64,000 nucleotides of DNA from Octopus bimaculoides (GCF_001194135.2 NC_068996.1:37264031-37328030); one strand, 5' to 3'; numbered from the stretch's first letter, positions 13,330 through 27,147 are shown. Notes: generated by a model from the letters alone, not told the origin. Numbers and translations: made by a program.

Positions 13330-13815
13330 TTTGGAAGAGGATGACCCAGGAACGCATTGGAGGAAACTGAAGGAAAATGATCTCCAGATGTTGAGCCTTC
13401 ACTTATATACACCACCCTGTAACTTAAGTGTACCCCCACCATCACATCTTCACCTTTTCTGCCCTCTCTCTCCTCTCTCTTTCCTATTGAGGTAACCATG
13501 TATCTCCTTTACTGCAAGACACCTGCTTCTGTCCATCTATTCATACTCTATCCTCTCATCACCAGGCACAAGGCTACTTCCCTCAACACTACTCCTCACT
13601 CATTTGAGGGGTTTTGTCTTGTAAGTTATTTGGTGACCTCACTGGTGCTGGTGCCACATAAAAAGCACCCAGTCCACTCAGTAAAGTGGTTGGCATTAGG
13701 AACGATGCCAAAGCTGATAGAGCTTGGCACAGTCTTCTGACTTGCTAGCTCCTATCAAACTGCTCAACCCATGCCAGCATGGAAACCGGATGTAAAATGA
13801 TGCTGATGATGATAA
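13330..13815 (+). mobile_element. RTE ORF end followed by family B tail
   Basis: ggaagaggatgacccaggaacgc (GRGRPR-like), then ...gcatggaaaccggatgtaaaatgatgctgatgatg. Confidence 0.6.
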
Positions 13816-15554
13816 AGATGATAAAGGCTCAATGACCAAATTAAACGAGTTGGGGTTGGCCAAGAATGACCAACCACTGATTCATCAATCTTCCTTTTTA
13901 ATTCTGGAAGGTTCCAAGCTTTTTAATTCTGGAAGGTTCGAAGTTTCAGTTGTCAGGAATATAATCTTTGAATAAAAAGCTGTTGTTTAAAGCTAGGTCT
14001 AATTTAGAGTAATTTGTGATCAAACACATTCCAGCTTTGATTATCCCATCTTTATTACAGGCAAAAAGATGTGATTTGAGTGATATTTGATTATTATTTC
14101 TAGCAAGCTGAGTGCTCATATTAAGGCTCCTCATGGATCAAAAGGTGTTTTAGATTGGTATCGTTAATAGTTAAACTTAGACATTATTAGACTAGAAAAC
14201 AGTGAATTCTTTTTAATATAACAATAGAATAAGCACAGAGTAATTATGTCAGTGAAAGAGTGTTGAATTAATAAACCTACATGAAGGGGTACCCATACAC
14301 ATCAATGACTGGGAGTAAGAAGTAATGTGGCACATGATAAACTACAGTTCCCTACAGAAAATAACATCTCATCTACCATTCCTAAAACATCATATTTATC
14401 AAAAGGTAGGTAGCAGGGATATTTTGTAGGTATTTGTAATATAATACAGAGCAGAAATATTCTTAGATGTCTAAACTGATAACATGAAAAAACTGATTCT
14501 TTTAATTCTATTAGTACAAAGAGAAAAAAAGGGATAGGTGTATATTCATAAACGTACATCTATCTCACTTTTGGAAGTTAAACAAAATCGATAGCATCAT
14601 CAAGATTTTCTCAGATGCTATGGACATCACACTTCTTTGAATTAAGAACAAGGACAAAAAAAAAAAATTATGACTAAAAATGGAAACTAATTAATAAGCT
14701 AATTACTAATTAGTATAGCTGAATATTATTTTAATAAACGAACAAATAATGAAAAATATTTCTTAAATAACATGAAATAAATTAATGATTAATAAGAGAA
14801 AACTAATTAAAAAATTTATAAACGAAACAAAATAACACAAAACTGATAAATAAGAATGACTGGAAGCACACATCTGTACAGGGTGAGTGAAAGCAATTAC
14901 AGTGAATTGTGCTAGAAGAAAAGTAGAATTTTAATTTTATGAAGCAGAAGAAGAATGATACACTGAGGAAAGTGAAAAAGGGAGAGAAAGGAAAGCGGAG
15001 AAATTTTAGATTTTAAATCTAGGAGCAAGTGAACTATTTCTTTGCTTTCTCTAATTATAGCTAATAAGAACCTAACAAGTTTTTTTGTCTTTTTGGTTTT
15101 TCCGTTGTTGCTGTTCCTTGCCAAAGATAAGGACGGAGAACATTAGTGGAAGAAGTGGAGATGAACAATAGCCCAAGTGGAAAAGGAATAGAAAAAAAAC
15201 AGATTTTTTTTTAAAAAATCATATCATGAAATGAAAATAGAGGAAGAAATTAAAAGAAGTAAAAAGAGAAATTTTAAGAAAATTGTGAAAATTAAATAAA
15301 AAGAAAGAAAAAAATGTTATGGTGTAAGTAAAAGAGAAAGATTTTCGAAAATGGTAAAAAAAGATTTAAATAAATCACAAAGAATGTTGTAAGAAAATGA
15401 TTAAAGCAAATGATGAGATTAATGAAGAAAGTAAAGCAAGAGTAAAATAAATAAATGTGAGGCAAAAGACTAAACTGAAGCAAATACTACATTTAGGGAG
15501 AAGGTAGACTTAATGTGAAGTAAGTTAAAAAGAAATGAACTGAGTAAGAAGATC

Positions 15555-15603
<49 letters not shown>

Positions 15604-15783
15604 TAGCAGATACAATATATATATATACAGAAAGAGAGAGAGAGAGAGAGAGATGGAAGTAGAGATATGAAAAGAAAAAGGTCTAAGTAGTGAGCCGTGG
15701 GAGAAGGGACTATGCAAGTAGTGACAGTTATGACAGCAAAGTAAGTTAGTCCTACAAAGACCTTTGTGCTGACCAATGTTTAC

Positions 15784-16488
15784 CTGGCTGTAGAGCTGAT
15801 TGAAAATCTGCCCAATTCTCAGTGGTGTTCTGGTCACCCGATTGTCTACTATCATTTGATGTGCTATCAGACTTCTGGTTCAAGGTAGATGATGCACTCG
15901 AGAGAGACATGGATTGTAAATCGTCCTCGATGTAGTTTAATTGCCTGAAGACTGCATATTTGTCTAACTGGTTGGTGGCCATTTCAATCTCCTTCTTCAT
16001 AGAATGTATTATTGGCGCGGCTTTGAAGTCAGAATATTCATCTTCCACTGCGTTAAGATCTGCCGTTTTGAACTCGGTGCATCCCTCTGCTTTCTGTGCC
16101 TTTATTGAACTTAAGTTGGCAAATGAGCCAACGTTTACAGTGCTGGCTAAATTATTTGCTCCTGGGGGTTTACTTAATAAAGGAGGAACTATTTCTCCAG
16201 AAGGAAGTGGGGTAGTGGTTGGAATTGGGCTTTTGGGAGGGGTTTGGGGATTGTTTGGAAATAAGGTATCCCCTAAATGAAAAGATCTGCGCGTGGAAGA
16301 TAAATTTGGGGAGGGAACCTGCTGCATATTTCGGCGGCTCTTAAAATCGTCAACATAAAGATCGAGGGCTTTAAAGTCCTCACCCTCGGACTGCTCAGAA
16401 GTACTGAACTGGCTGGTGTCATCACTTGGTTTACTGTCAGCAGACTTGAAGTCATCGTAATCATCATCAAAGCTATTTGTTGAGGTAC
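15784..16488 (-). CDS. SYNRG: SYNRG exon (235 codons; DDYDDF, DEYSDF, LDKYAVFRQL, NWADF)
   Basis: Core of ORF 15752..16516. Acceptor tttctttttcag, donor gtaaac. 705 nt, phase 1 to 1. DKYAVFRQL is a synergin-type motif. Confidence 0.92.
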
Positions 16489-17099
16489 CTGAAAAAGAAA
16501 TTATAGTTTCATGCAAATACTTGTAAGTAATTTTTACTATTTCAAAGCTATCTAAAAATTACAAAAAAATAAATAAAAATTAAAAAATTACAAAAATGAA
16601 ATTATAAATACGTTTAGAAAATTTTTCAGAAAAATAACTTATGAAAAAAAGAAACTATATTTAAAAAAATAAATTAACAATCTACCTATTAAAAATAAAT
16701 TAACAATTAAGACAAAAATAATTTTAAGTGATTCTGTTGCCCAGGAGCAGATCTATAATCAATATTATGACCATTAACCCTTTTCTTAGACACCAGCACA
16801 ATCAAGATCACATCTATCTGTTGTTATTGTAATTTCCTAAGACAACAGGGTGTTATTTGAGGAATAATAAGCTGATGTTTCTAGCTAGATGAATAAATGT
16901 TCAGAGGTTTCCTCATACATTTCCAAACAAGCAACATACTGAGAGAATCCTGATTTCCTGCTCCAGCAAGGCCCCAGGACCAGATCTGATATGTATTTCT
17001 TCAACTAAGACAAACGACTTGTACATATTTAAGAGTCCTACTTAGAAACACTACAGAGTATTCAAAGATTTAAACTAACAAACTTATAATAATGGTTTC

Positions 17100-17400
17100 A
17101 AATTTTAGCACAGGCCAGCAGTTTTTGAAGGATAGGGGGGAAATTGATTACATCAACCAGCGACTTGACTGGTACTTATTTTATTCTTTTCTACTCAAGG
17201 CACAAGGCCTGAAATTTTGGAGGAGGGGGCCAGTCAATTAGATCAACCCTAGTATGCAGCTTGTACTTATTTTATTGACCTGAAAAGGATGAAAGGCAAA
17301 GCTGATCTCAACAGAATTTGAACACAGAATGAAAACAATGGATGAATTGCTGCCAAGTATTTTGTTTGGCATGCTAAAGGTTCTGCTGCCTTAAACATAC
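17100..17400 (-). mobile_element. SINE family C, partial plus full copy
   Basis: aaggcacaaggcctgaaattttgg...gatgaaaggcaaagctgatctc...gaacacagaa. Confidence 0.75.
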
Positions 17401-17846
17401 TTATAATAATAACCACAACCATTGTATTGCAGAAAAAGGTATTAGGATAACGAAACATTATTTTAATTTTTTGAAACAAGTCACATGAATATTTCCATAG
17501 GTAAATATATTACGAAATAATTATTTGGCATTTATTGAAGTATTTAAACATTCACACACACATTCACAAACACCATAATCAATTTTACATCCATTCTCCA
17601 TGCTGGCATGGGTTACACATTTTAACCTAATCCAACAGATTGGAGGAACACATCTTGCCTTTCCTAATATCAACCACACTACATAGTACCCGGGGTACAG
17701 TCATAGCATCAGTACTAGAGAGGTTGCCTATAGCTTGCAAGAATAAAGAGCCCTCTCAAATGATGGAAGAATAGGAGAGAGAGGGATTACTATGAGTTGG
17801 TTGGTAATACTTTAATCATTGATTTCTATAGTTTAGATAGGTTTAA

Positions 17847-18041
17847 CCCTTCAGCATTCAGATCATTCAGTCAAATGTAATGCTCATTTATTCACATTAA
17901 TTTAAAATAATCATACATTATCTTGAGGTTTTGAGATCATAATGATGTGATTGATTATTTTTAAAATGACATTGAAGAGCAGGAGTGAGAGGCTAGATAT
18001 GGCTAGTTTGGGCCTGATATGACCAGTTTAATACTAAAGGG
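17847..18041 (-). mobile_element. piggyBac-type MITE family 1
   Basis: ttaa|CCCTTCAGCATT...AATACTAAAGGG|ttaa. Confidence 0.8.
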
Positions 18042-18676
18042 TTAATAAATGAAAACTTAACCACCACAGGATTAACAACTTAACCTACTAGTTTGTCTTA
18101 GATTATTCCTCACAATTTGTCTTTCAATTTTCACTGATTTCAATGGCAATGTTTCACAAGATGTTTCCTTAAACTATTCGAACCTAACTGAAATTCTTGA
18201 CACCTCTCATTTGCAATGTATTCTTCACATTTGAACATCTAAATATAAAACCTTTGTTTTACAATCAAAAAATCTGATAATCTTGATGGTCTGTTAATTC
18301 CTATCAAGCCTAAACGAAAGGTTTGACAAGAATTAACAGACTCTTAAAAAATGGCACTGATGTAAACCAAGGAAACTTTGGTGATACAAATATGCAAATA
18401 GAAATATTAGGGATTTCAAATTTTGGTGCAAAGCCAGCAATTTCAGTAGGGTGAGTTGATTACATCTACTCCAGTGCTCAGAATAATCAAAAGTATAAGT
18501 TGAGAATACATTCATGTTTGGCCCTTTTACACATCTTTACGGGAATCCTTCAACAACCTTAAACTTCTATTGTTTCCTTTCTGACAGTTTATATTTTACA
18601 TGAACATTATTTATTAAATTACAAAATTATGACTAAATCATTAGAGAAGGAGAAAGATAATGGTAAAGATTTTTAC

Positions 18677-18783
18677 CTGAAGAATCATCACTGCAGAAAA
18701 AATTTCTTACATTCGAATATTTATCCTCAGCACTTAGCTCTGGTAATGCTTCAAATGCAACTTTAGTTACAGGTGTGATAGAA
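18677..18783 (-). CDS. SYNRG: SYNRG exon SITPVTKVAFEALPELSAEDKYSNVRNFFCSDDSS
   Basis: Acceptor atattttacag, donor gtaaaa. 107 nt, phase 2 to 1. DKY motif. Confidence 0.85.
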
Positions 18784-19849
18784 CTGTAAAATATTAAAAA
18801 TGCAACTTAAAAAAAAAAAAAAACATATAACTGCAATTTTTTAGGAATTCTGTTAAAAAATTTATTTGGAGAAAAGACAAAAGAAATGTAAACAAAAACA
18901 GTTTTTGTTTACAACCACTTTTGTTTTCAGTGCTTGCATGGATGGGATAAATTTCTGTTTCATATTTTGTTGGAGCTTTTATTATTGTTGTTGTTGCTTA
19001 AGAACAGGTCAACCCTGATCAGATAAATGTTGCAGTCAGGACCATCCTGTTTTTTTTTTATTTCAGAAATAGTAAATCAATCCCATCTCAGTACACTAAT
19101 AGGCAATATAAATGTTGGTTGATTGGTTTGTTCAGTCATTCCTTATATCACATACACAGGAGGAGGGAGAGCAAAAAAAGAAAAAGAGGAAGAAAGAGAG
19201 ATACAGAGGGAGTTATCTTAACAGTTGCAGGATGAGTGCACATAGGTTTGATGGGAGGAGGAGGAGGAGAGGGAGTTAATGACAGAGTAGTTGCAGGGGA
19301 TTTTATACAAATGAGGAATTTGTATTTATTTAATTTTTACTTGAAGGAAATAAATATTTTTCTTTTGAAAATTAGTATTCATTTCATCATTTTGTATAGT
19401 GCCACATAAAATGCACTCAGCACACACTGCAGAGTGGCTGGCACGAAGAAAGGCATCCAGTACTAGAAGCCAAGCCAAATCAGACTGGTACTTGGTGCAG
19501 TTCTCCAGCTTGCTACCTTTAGCACTCAGCACACACAATAAAGTGGTTGGTGTTAGGAAGGGCATCCAGCTGTAGAAACCAGGCCAAGTCAGACTGGAAA
19601 ATGGAAGTTAAATGATGATGATGACACTGGTGACCAAGAAACTTGATAAAAGTTAAATTATAGTTATTGTGTGTATGCCATCATCAACATTATCATAATA
19701 ACTTCCCTGATATTTCTCCTGGTGGCAACAGTATCCTTCCAAAATTACCTATCATATGATGGATAAAAAATCCAGTTATCTAATAGTCTATGAGGCTACT
19801 AACTCTGTTGTCAACAAAGAGGTTCTCTTGCTAAGCAAAGAGTAGATTA

Positions 19850-20250
19850 TTCAATGCATGTGTACAAATTGTGATGTTGCATACAATAGTGAGATGTAGG
19901 TACTGAATGTAAAAGATGTGCAAAAGTCAGAAAGAAACAAAACAAGCATGACCCACAGAGTGAGTAATGTTAATGTGCAGGAGCAATGAGGCACAGATGA
20001 GCTGAGAGAAAAACTGCATATAAGAGAAATCAGGTGTAGCATACAACAGAGACAACTATACTGGTATGGACGCATAATGTGAGCAGATGATGACATTTGG
20101 AGGGAAAAGTACCGTAAGATTCATGTGGAACATGAAAAACCAAGGAAGAGACACAAGCAGAAGAGGTGAAAGCTGATTTCTGAAAGTTCGATTTCATGAA
20201 AGAGATGACAAAGGAATATAACTAGTGATGGAACGATGTGTTGGAGGAGA
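19850..20250 (+). mobile_element. Decayed RTE LINE, ORF 3' region
   Basis: Translates with stops and frameshifts to ACV..VML..SE.W.../ELREKLHIREIRCSIQQRQLYWYGRI. Confidence 0.65.
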
Positions 20251-20929
20251 TTTGTTAAATCCAGGAAATAAAAATTATCATCATCTGTAGAGGTTCACAT
20301 CTACTAAAGCAACTGTTTTCTAGTTGGAAACCCTTCTTACTATTAACTGACTGCTCAACTACAAAGTATGAGTAGAACTGGTGTGAGAGTTAAGGGTTGA
20401 TGGAAAGCAACGGTCACAGTGTAACAAACGGGAGTCAGTTGCTGAGATTTATGTATCCTGATCAGAAACACAAGATACTAAGTGAAATAATATATATCAG
20501 AGCAGTAATGTCAGAAACTCAATGCTTACAAAAGTGTTCATTACAAGCATAGAGTGTAGTTGTTTATCAAGGGCTTAATAAACTACATGTGATTATATAA
20601 AGAGAGAGAGAGAGAGTGAGCGGGTAGAGAAAGAGAATAACTGCAGAGGATGTGTTAGAGAATGGGAACAAATGAGGTAAGCTTGCTCTGCTGAATGTGT
20701 AATGTCAAGCATGCATGTTGAATGATGGACAGGTCAAAAAGTGTCGTGTTATCCAAGTAGAAGGAACCTGCAGAAGAGGACAACAAAAATATGTGAGAAT
20801 AGGTAGGGACTGATCACAGAATTCTAGGTATTTTGGAAGGGACAACTAAGGGCTGCAACAAGTAGTGAGAGACTGTGCTGAAAACAAACTGACTCAACAC
20901 AATCCAAAATCAAAGACAGACATATGATA

Positions 20930-21070
20930 CAATAGTTGATTGAATGGCAATTAATTGACTGAATGAAGAGTAATTGAATAATGATTGACTGAATAACAAT
21001 TGATTGAATGATGATGATTGATTGAATGCTGATGATAGACTGAAAATTGATTGATTGACTGAATGATGAT
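20930..21070. repeat. Degenerate (GATT/GAAT)n low-complexity tract
   Basis: gattgactgaatgatgattgattgaatg repeats. Confidence 0.7.
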
Positions 21071-21210
21071 TTCTAATTTAAGCAGAAAAGCAAAATTTCA
21101 GATAATGATATATCTATATTGCTCAGTGAAAGCCTTTCATACACAACATACTGCACAGTTTGAATTTACTAAATAAGCAGAATAGATTTTTTAAAAAGTC
21201 TCAAACTCAC

Positions 21211-21268
21211 TTGCAATTTACTTGGGTTACATCAGTCACAGGTGACATATTAAATTGGTCCAAAGAAT
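21211..21268 (-). CDS. SYNRG: SYNRG small exon DSLDQFNMSPVTDVTQVNCN
   Basis: Acceptor gttattttag, donor gtgagt. 58 nt, phase 1 to 2, which is exactly the bridge the flanking exons require. Confidence 0.8.
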
Positions 21269-21599
21269 CTAAAATAACAAGAATATATTGTTTTTTTTTT
21301 AAATTCTCAAATCATAATATAACAAATGATATTAGACATTACAATTTCCAATATGACCCACATTTCTGCTGATACGCAAGAGTTCTGGTGAGTTATCTTG
21401 TGGGAGATAAAATGTTGCAGTCTAAATAGAGAGACATTTATTTCAAAACAGAACAGCAAGCATATTTGTGGTGTAATCATTAATGATAACAAGCAACAAG
21501 CTAGAGATACATGGTCCGGGACTGTCCGTCACATCACTAGTACTTATTTCTGATCATGTGACATAAAATCATGTGACACTACGAATGCTAAATCTCCTT

Positions 21600-21990
21600 C
21601 ACTGCATTCCAAGACGTAATGAAGCTTTCTGTGTTTTGAGAAGACCTTAGTGTTGGAGCTTGCATTGTAGGGCATTGTTTTATTTGATCATCATCATCTG
21701 GTCAAGCTTGCTCAGACATTTTTCACCTGCACACACACCATCCATGTCAGTCCTGCATTAGTTGAGGGAGGTCTTCAGGGAGGTGACCAGTGTCCTCTGG
21801 AGAGATGACCTACATACATTGTATTTGGATGACCTGCTTCAATACAGCCATGCTTTGGCATCCATAGCAGTAGGTCACTTGCCAGCAATGTCCTGCAAAG
21901 CACGAGTGCCTTTCCCTTATAAAACTTGGAAATAAGCAGGAGGTTGCTGTACAGCTTTTTTTGGTGGGATGAAATCTCCAAGATATATTA
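21600..21990 (-). mobile_element. Decayed RTE (Expander-type) LINE 3' end
   Basis: LLASDLLLWMPKHG...AGHPNTMYV resembles the SDVLLWTPxHG..GRP..TY C-terminus of RTE-clade ORFs. Confidence 0.65.
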
Positions 21991-22019
21991 TCAATATTTG
22001 ATATTGATATATTATAGCT

Positions 22020-22530
22020 ACTAAACTCTGCTTGCGAAGACCTGTTGAGGAAAGTGAATTTGAAATTGAAATCGAACCAAATCCGACGACTGGCACTCAT
22101 GCCAACCTCTCCTTCATTGGACACTATACTCTGCTTGCGAAGACCTGTTGGGGCAAGTGAAATCGAAATCGTAATTGAACCATATTCGATGACTGGCACC
22201 TGTGCCAGTGGAGCACTAACGGCACTGTCCGAGTGTGATCATTGCCAGAGCAGCTGTCTGGCTTCCGTGCTAGTCGCACGTAAAACAGCACCATTTGAGC
22301 ATGATCGTTACCAGCGTCGCCTTACTGGCACTTGTGCAGGTGGCACGTAAAAAGCACCCACTACACTCTCAGAGTGGTTGGTGTTAGGAAGGGCACCCAG
22401 CTGTAGAAACTCTGCCAGATCAGATTGGAGCCTGGTGCAGCCATCCGGTTCACCAGTCCTCAGTCAAATCGTCCAACCCATGCTAGCATGGAAAGCGGAC
22501 GTTAAACGATTATGATGATGATGATGATTA
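22020..22530 (+). mobile_element. Family B long form
   Basis: Duplicated ctctgcttgcgaagacctgtt units, modular body, ggaagggcacccagctgtagaaac core, (gat)n tail. Confidence 0.85.
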
Positions 22531-23184
22531 ATTGTAGTAACAATATGCCTAGTACCACAATTAATCAAACTACTTCTAAATGACTTTAATTCTGTCTTCA
22601 TTTTTCTATCTAGAAAACACTGAGAAAGGGTTTGATATTTAAATTAAAAACATAACATTTAATTTGTAGTTAGTTTAGCTAATTTAGAAAATAGCTCAAC
22701 AAAACACAATAGCATATAATTAAAAAGAAAACAGATTTCTAAACCTGAATAAGGACTGCTGGCTTGTTTAATTGTCAAAAACCTGTTTTAATTTCTGAGG
22801 TTTAAATAATAATGAAAGATATTGGAAGTTGATGAAAATATGAAGATAAAGTTTGTTGTATATCAAGGGTCATATAAATTTAAAATATTACTGTAAACAA
22901 CTGTTAAAATACCAGTCATATATTCAGGTTGATTCAGTTAACAACATTTCGCTGATATACATTTGTGGCTTTTGCTTCTGTGCAAGAAATCTGCTTGTGA
23001 ATATATCGATCTATACTGAAAGAACATCATTACTGAAATCTCCATCATTATCATAATTTCATTTTCTTCAATGCTTGCATGGGCTGGACAGAATTCTTTT
23101 GTTAGAGTAGATTTTCTATGGTCAGATGTTCTTGATGCCAAGTCTCACTTGTTTCCAAGCAAGGTAATATTCTCCATTTTTATC

Positions 23185-23580
23185 TTTATCTTTTACTTGT
23201 TTGAGTCATTAGATTGCGGCCATGTTGGGGCACCACCTTGAGGAACTTTACTCAAATGAATCGATCCCAATACTTATTCTCTGTCTAACCCTGGTATCTA
23301 TTCTATCAGTATCTTTTGCCAAATCACTAAGTTACAGAGATGTAAACACATCAACAACAGTTGTCAAGTGGTGGTGGAGGACAAACATAGACACAAAGAC
23401 ACACACACACACACACACAACGAGCTTCTTTCAGTTTCCATCTACTAAATCCACTCACAAGGCTTTGGTTGGCCTGGCGTTGTATTAGAAGACACTTGCC
23501 CAACATGCCATGCAGTGGGAGTGAACCCAGAACCATGTGATTAGGAAGCAAACTTTATACCACACAGCCACGCTTGTGCC
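23185..23580 (-). mobile_element. SINE family A copy
   Basis: Full head-body-tail similarity to the other family A copies; internal (CA)n. Confidence 0.8.
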
Positions 23581-25483
23581 TATAAGATGAAAGGCAAAGT
23601 TCAACTTGGCAGAATTCGAACTCAAAATATAGAGACAGACAAAATGCTGCTAAGTATTTTGTCTGGCATGATAACGATTCTGCCAGATCACCACCCTAGG
23701 GCAGGCATATTTTTCGTCGAAGGCAAGAAATGGACATCATTTGATTGACGGTGATGTTTGTTTACAACCATCACATGAAGTTAAAACAAGGGTACAATTA
23801 CACACACACACACACATATTATATTGGCACAGCTCAGTGTGACTCCAAAAAACAGGTATTGCCAATTGGCATCATTAGGCTGTAGCCGGCATAGTAGTAT
23901 AGGCACTTTTATATGCATATTCAAAACGTTTCCTGTAAATGAACTTAAAGAATAGATACATACACACACATATATGTATCATCTACATTTAACATCTGTT
24001 TTCTATGCCAGTATGGGTTAGACTACATATATATAGCAGGCTCTTTCTAGTTTCTGTCTATCAAATCCACTGAATATAGTAGGGCTATAGTAGAAGACAT
24101 TTGTACAAAGTGCTGTAGTTGTACAGTGGGATTGAACCCATGTTTGGAAAACAAGCTTCTTAACACACAGCCACACCTAGACACACTAATTAAAACATAG
24201 CAATTAAAATATTCCCAACATGAAAACATTTTCAGTGCATGTTTATACTCAATTTTTTTTCCTTTATTAGAATCATGTTTCTTTGATGTTTGTTTGTAAC
24301 TGGATGCCCTTTCTATTGCAATGTACTCAACCAAAAATCAAGAAGCAAGCAGAGTTATGTCTCCAATAACTCCACATAACTGGCTAATGATGAAATACAA
24401 TAATGTTTGAACAAAAGCCATTATGCTTTTATGTTGGGCCATTCAAAATATTTACAATAAGAAACTTTACACGGTTCTTAATCGGCTAGTTTTAGTGAAA
24501 ACAGCTTTAACCAGTTTTTGAAATTGAGCAAATAATCCTTTTGACTATAGGTAGAAGGCTTGAAATTCTGGTGGAGACAATCAATTACATCAGCCCCAGT
24601 GTTTAATTGATACTTTATTTTATTGACCCTGAAAAGTTTTAAAGTAAAGTTGATCTCAGTGGAATTTGAATTCAGAACATAAAGCTGGAAGAAAAGCTGC
24701 TAAGCATTTTGTCCAAGCATGCCAATGATTCTGACAGTTTAATGAAAATAAATATTAAAAATCTGGAATCAAATTGTATTCTCAAGTTTTGGTCCCTATT
24801 CTTTTTCATCTCTGCCCCAAAATTAGTTCAAATAATTTCTAGAAAACTTTTGTTAAGTTAAAAGAAAACATATTTAGATTGCTTAAAGTAATATTGATTT
24901 TGTGATGTTGGCACAAGACACAAATTTGGAGTAAAGAGTCTATTAACCTTTTTGATACCAACCCACTTGAAACTGCCCTTGTTTTAAGGTATTCTAAATA
25001 AACACCACCACTATGAAAATTTCATGTTAATTTATGTCCCAAGCATCAAAATTATTTTACTAACTTCTTTATAATTTTCAAAATGAATTCATGGAAAGGC
25101 ATTGTATTTTATCAGAAATATGGTTAAAAAAACAAAACAAAACAAACAAAACAAAAAAGTTAAATCAAACCCAGTTCATGATTGTTCTTATTTTATTCAT
25201 CTCAGTAAGGATGAAAGACAAGTTTGACCCCAGACAGAATTTTTCAGAATTTAAACTCACAACACAGAAAAACATAACTAAATACTGCAGTGCATTTCAT
25301 TCAACAGTTTACTAATTCTCCTAATCCCCACACTCGGAAGAGTAACATTAAAACTGAAATTTCCAAAATAACAAAACTATAAAATCAAAATAATAAAGCA
25401 TAGAAAAAGTTCAAACACAATCTACAGAGAAATCAGTAAAAATTACAAGAAAGGAATTTAAAAAAAAAAAAAAAAATTTATAC

Positions 25484-25633
25484 CTGACGTTATTTTAGGA
25501 GCAACCTGAAAATCAGCGAAATCCTCATCTCCATATAAATTCTCTGTCGGGGCTGTCTGTGTAACTTCTTTAGAGAACGTTCCAAAAACAGGAGCACTCT
25601 GAGATGTGCTAAGCTGAGTGGAAGCATTTAACC
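25484..25633 (-). CDS. SYNRG: SYNRG exon GLNASTQ...GDEDFADFQVAPKITS
   Basis: Acceptor ttatctcttag, donor gtataa. 150 nt, phase 1 to 1. DFADF motif. Confidence 0.9.
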
Positions 25634-25714
25634 CTAAGAGATAAATATATTATTAATTTTATGAAATGAATACATTAACCAAAGCCCCAAATAGTGTTAA
25701 TGCTAAATACATAC

Positions 25715-25985
25715 CAAACGTGGTTTCTAGTAAAGATGTCGGGGTACTTTCAAAAGGAACTGAAGTGGGTGGTCTAACGGTAGATGAAGAATTTGGTAGC
25801 AATGTCCCACCGCTGGCTAAAGATGCATCTTGGGTGGCAAAAGATGGTGGTGAAGATGCTCCAAAACTTGTGACAGCATTCTGCTGTGTTGGTGTTATTT
25901 GAGTGGCTGAGGCTTGGTTGAAAAATGGCACCGGAGGAGAAGGTAGCTGATGAAGAATCTCCATTGATGGAATGCCTTGGTTATT
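25715..25985 (-). CDS. SYNRG: SYNRG exon NNQGIPSMEILHQLPSPPVPFF...ETTF
   Basis: Acceptor ttttgcag, donor gtatgt. 271 nt, phase 0 to 1. Follows the EH domain, as in vertebrate GVPAMSPDALNQFPAAPIP. Confidence 0.9.
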
Positions 25986-26274
25986 CTGCAAAAATTATCA
26001 ATTTTAGTTATTTGGATTTTTCAGTATTAATATAAGAATTATAATTATTAAAATTGTTGTAAATAAAACACTGTAGAGAGAATATTTTGTTTAATTCAAA
26101 ATATGGTCTAATGGATTTAAAAACAATAACATTGTCACAGCAGTTGTCATAAATACATATCCTTATTTCAACCTTATTACATTCCATCAGCCATAAAAAA
26201 GACAACACTATCATATTGTATGAGTCACAAAAAACAGGACACTATACGACATTAGTCTAAGAGGATAGAATATC

Positions 26275-26590
26275 ATCATCATGATTGTTTAATGTCCGCT
26301 TTCCATGCTGGCATGTGTTGGACGGTTTGACTGAGGACTGGTGAGCCAGATGGCTGCACTAGGCTCCAATCTGATCTGGCAGAGTTTCTACAGCTGGATG
26401 CCCTTCCTAACACCAACCACTCCGAGAGTGTAGTGGATGCTTTTACGTGCCACTGGCATGAGGGAAACAGCCATGCTCAAATGGTGTTTTTTATGTGCAC
26501 TGCCAACGACCTCGCTCGAATGTTACAAGTGCCAGTAAGCGACGCTGGTAACGATCGCACTCGAATGGTGCTTTTTACATGCCACCAACT
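26275..26590 (-). mobile_element. Family B copy
   Basis: Reverse complement of the 22200-22530 type sequence. Confidence 0.8.
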
Positions 26591-26719
26591 ATATTATTAG
26601 TCATAAAGAGATACAACACTATCAAATGATGTTAGTCATAAATGGATACATTACAGACCTACTGTGTAACAAATGAGAAAATTAAGAGTAATCCTACAAA
26701 CCCTGCACTACAGAAATAC

Positions 26720-27055
26720 AAAATACATAGGCACAGGTATGACTAAAACAAGAAATCAGTCCATTACCTCAGGCCGACCAAAGCCTTGTAAGTGGATTTG
26801 GTAGACAGAAACTGAAAGAAGCCCACCACACGTGTGTGTGTGTTTCTTTGTTTGTTCCTCACCACTACATGACAACCAGTGTTGGTGAGTTTATGTCCCC
26901 ATAACTTAGAGGTTTGGCAAAAGAGATCAACAGAATAAATACCAGGCTTAAAAAAGAAATAAGTATCGGGGTCAATTCATTTGACTAAAAATTCTTCAAG
27001 GCACTACCCAGCATGGCCACAATCTAATGATTGAAACGGGGAAAAGAATAAAAGA
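26720..27055 (+). mobile_element. SINE family A copy, the only one antisense to SYNRG within the coding span
   Basis: Reads ggcacaggtatgact...ccaaagccttgtaagtggatttggtagacagaaactgaaagaagccc...gcatggccac on +. Confidence 0.8.
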
Positions 27056-27147
27056 AAAAAGATATGAGTGACAACTGCCAAATTCCCTGTCTCTGGTCAA
27101 TAGAGTAAGTGAAAAAATGCATCAGAACAAAAAAAAACAGGACATAC

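Noticed and set aside
15960-16280. Plus-strand ORFs antisense to SYNRG exons (also 7392-7694, 25666-25902, 34042-34245)
   Set aside because: Shadow ORFs of the real minus-strand coding exons.
25634-25714. 81-nt intron as an in-frame retained segment
   Set aside because: The length is a multiple of 3 but it contains an in-frame stop at 25659-25661.
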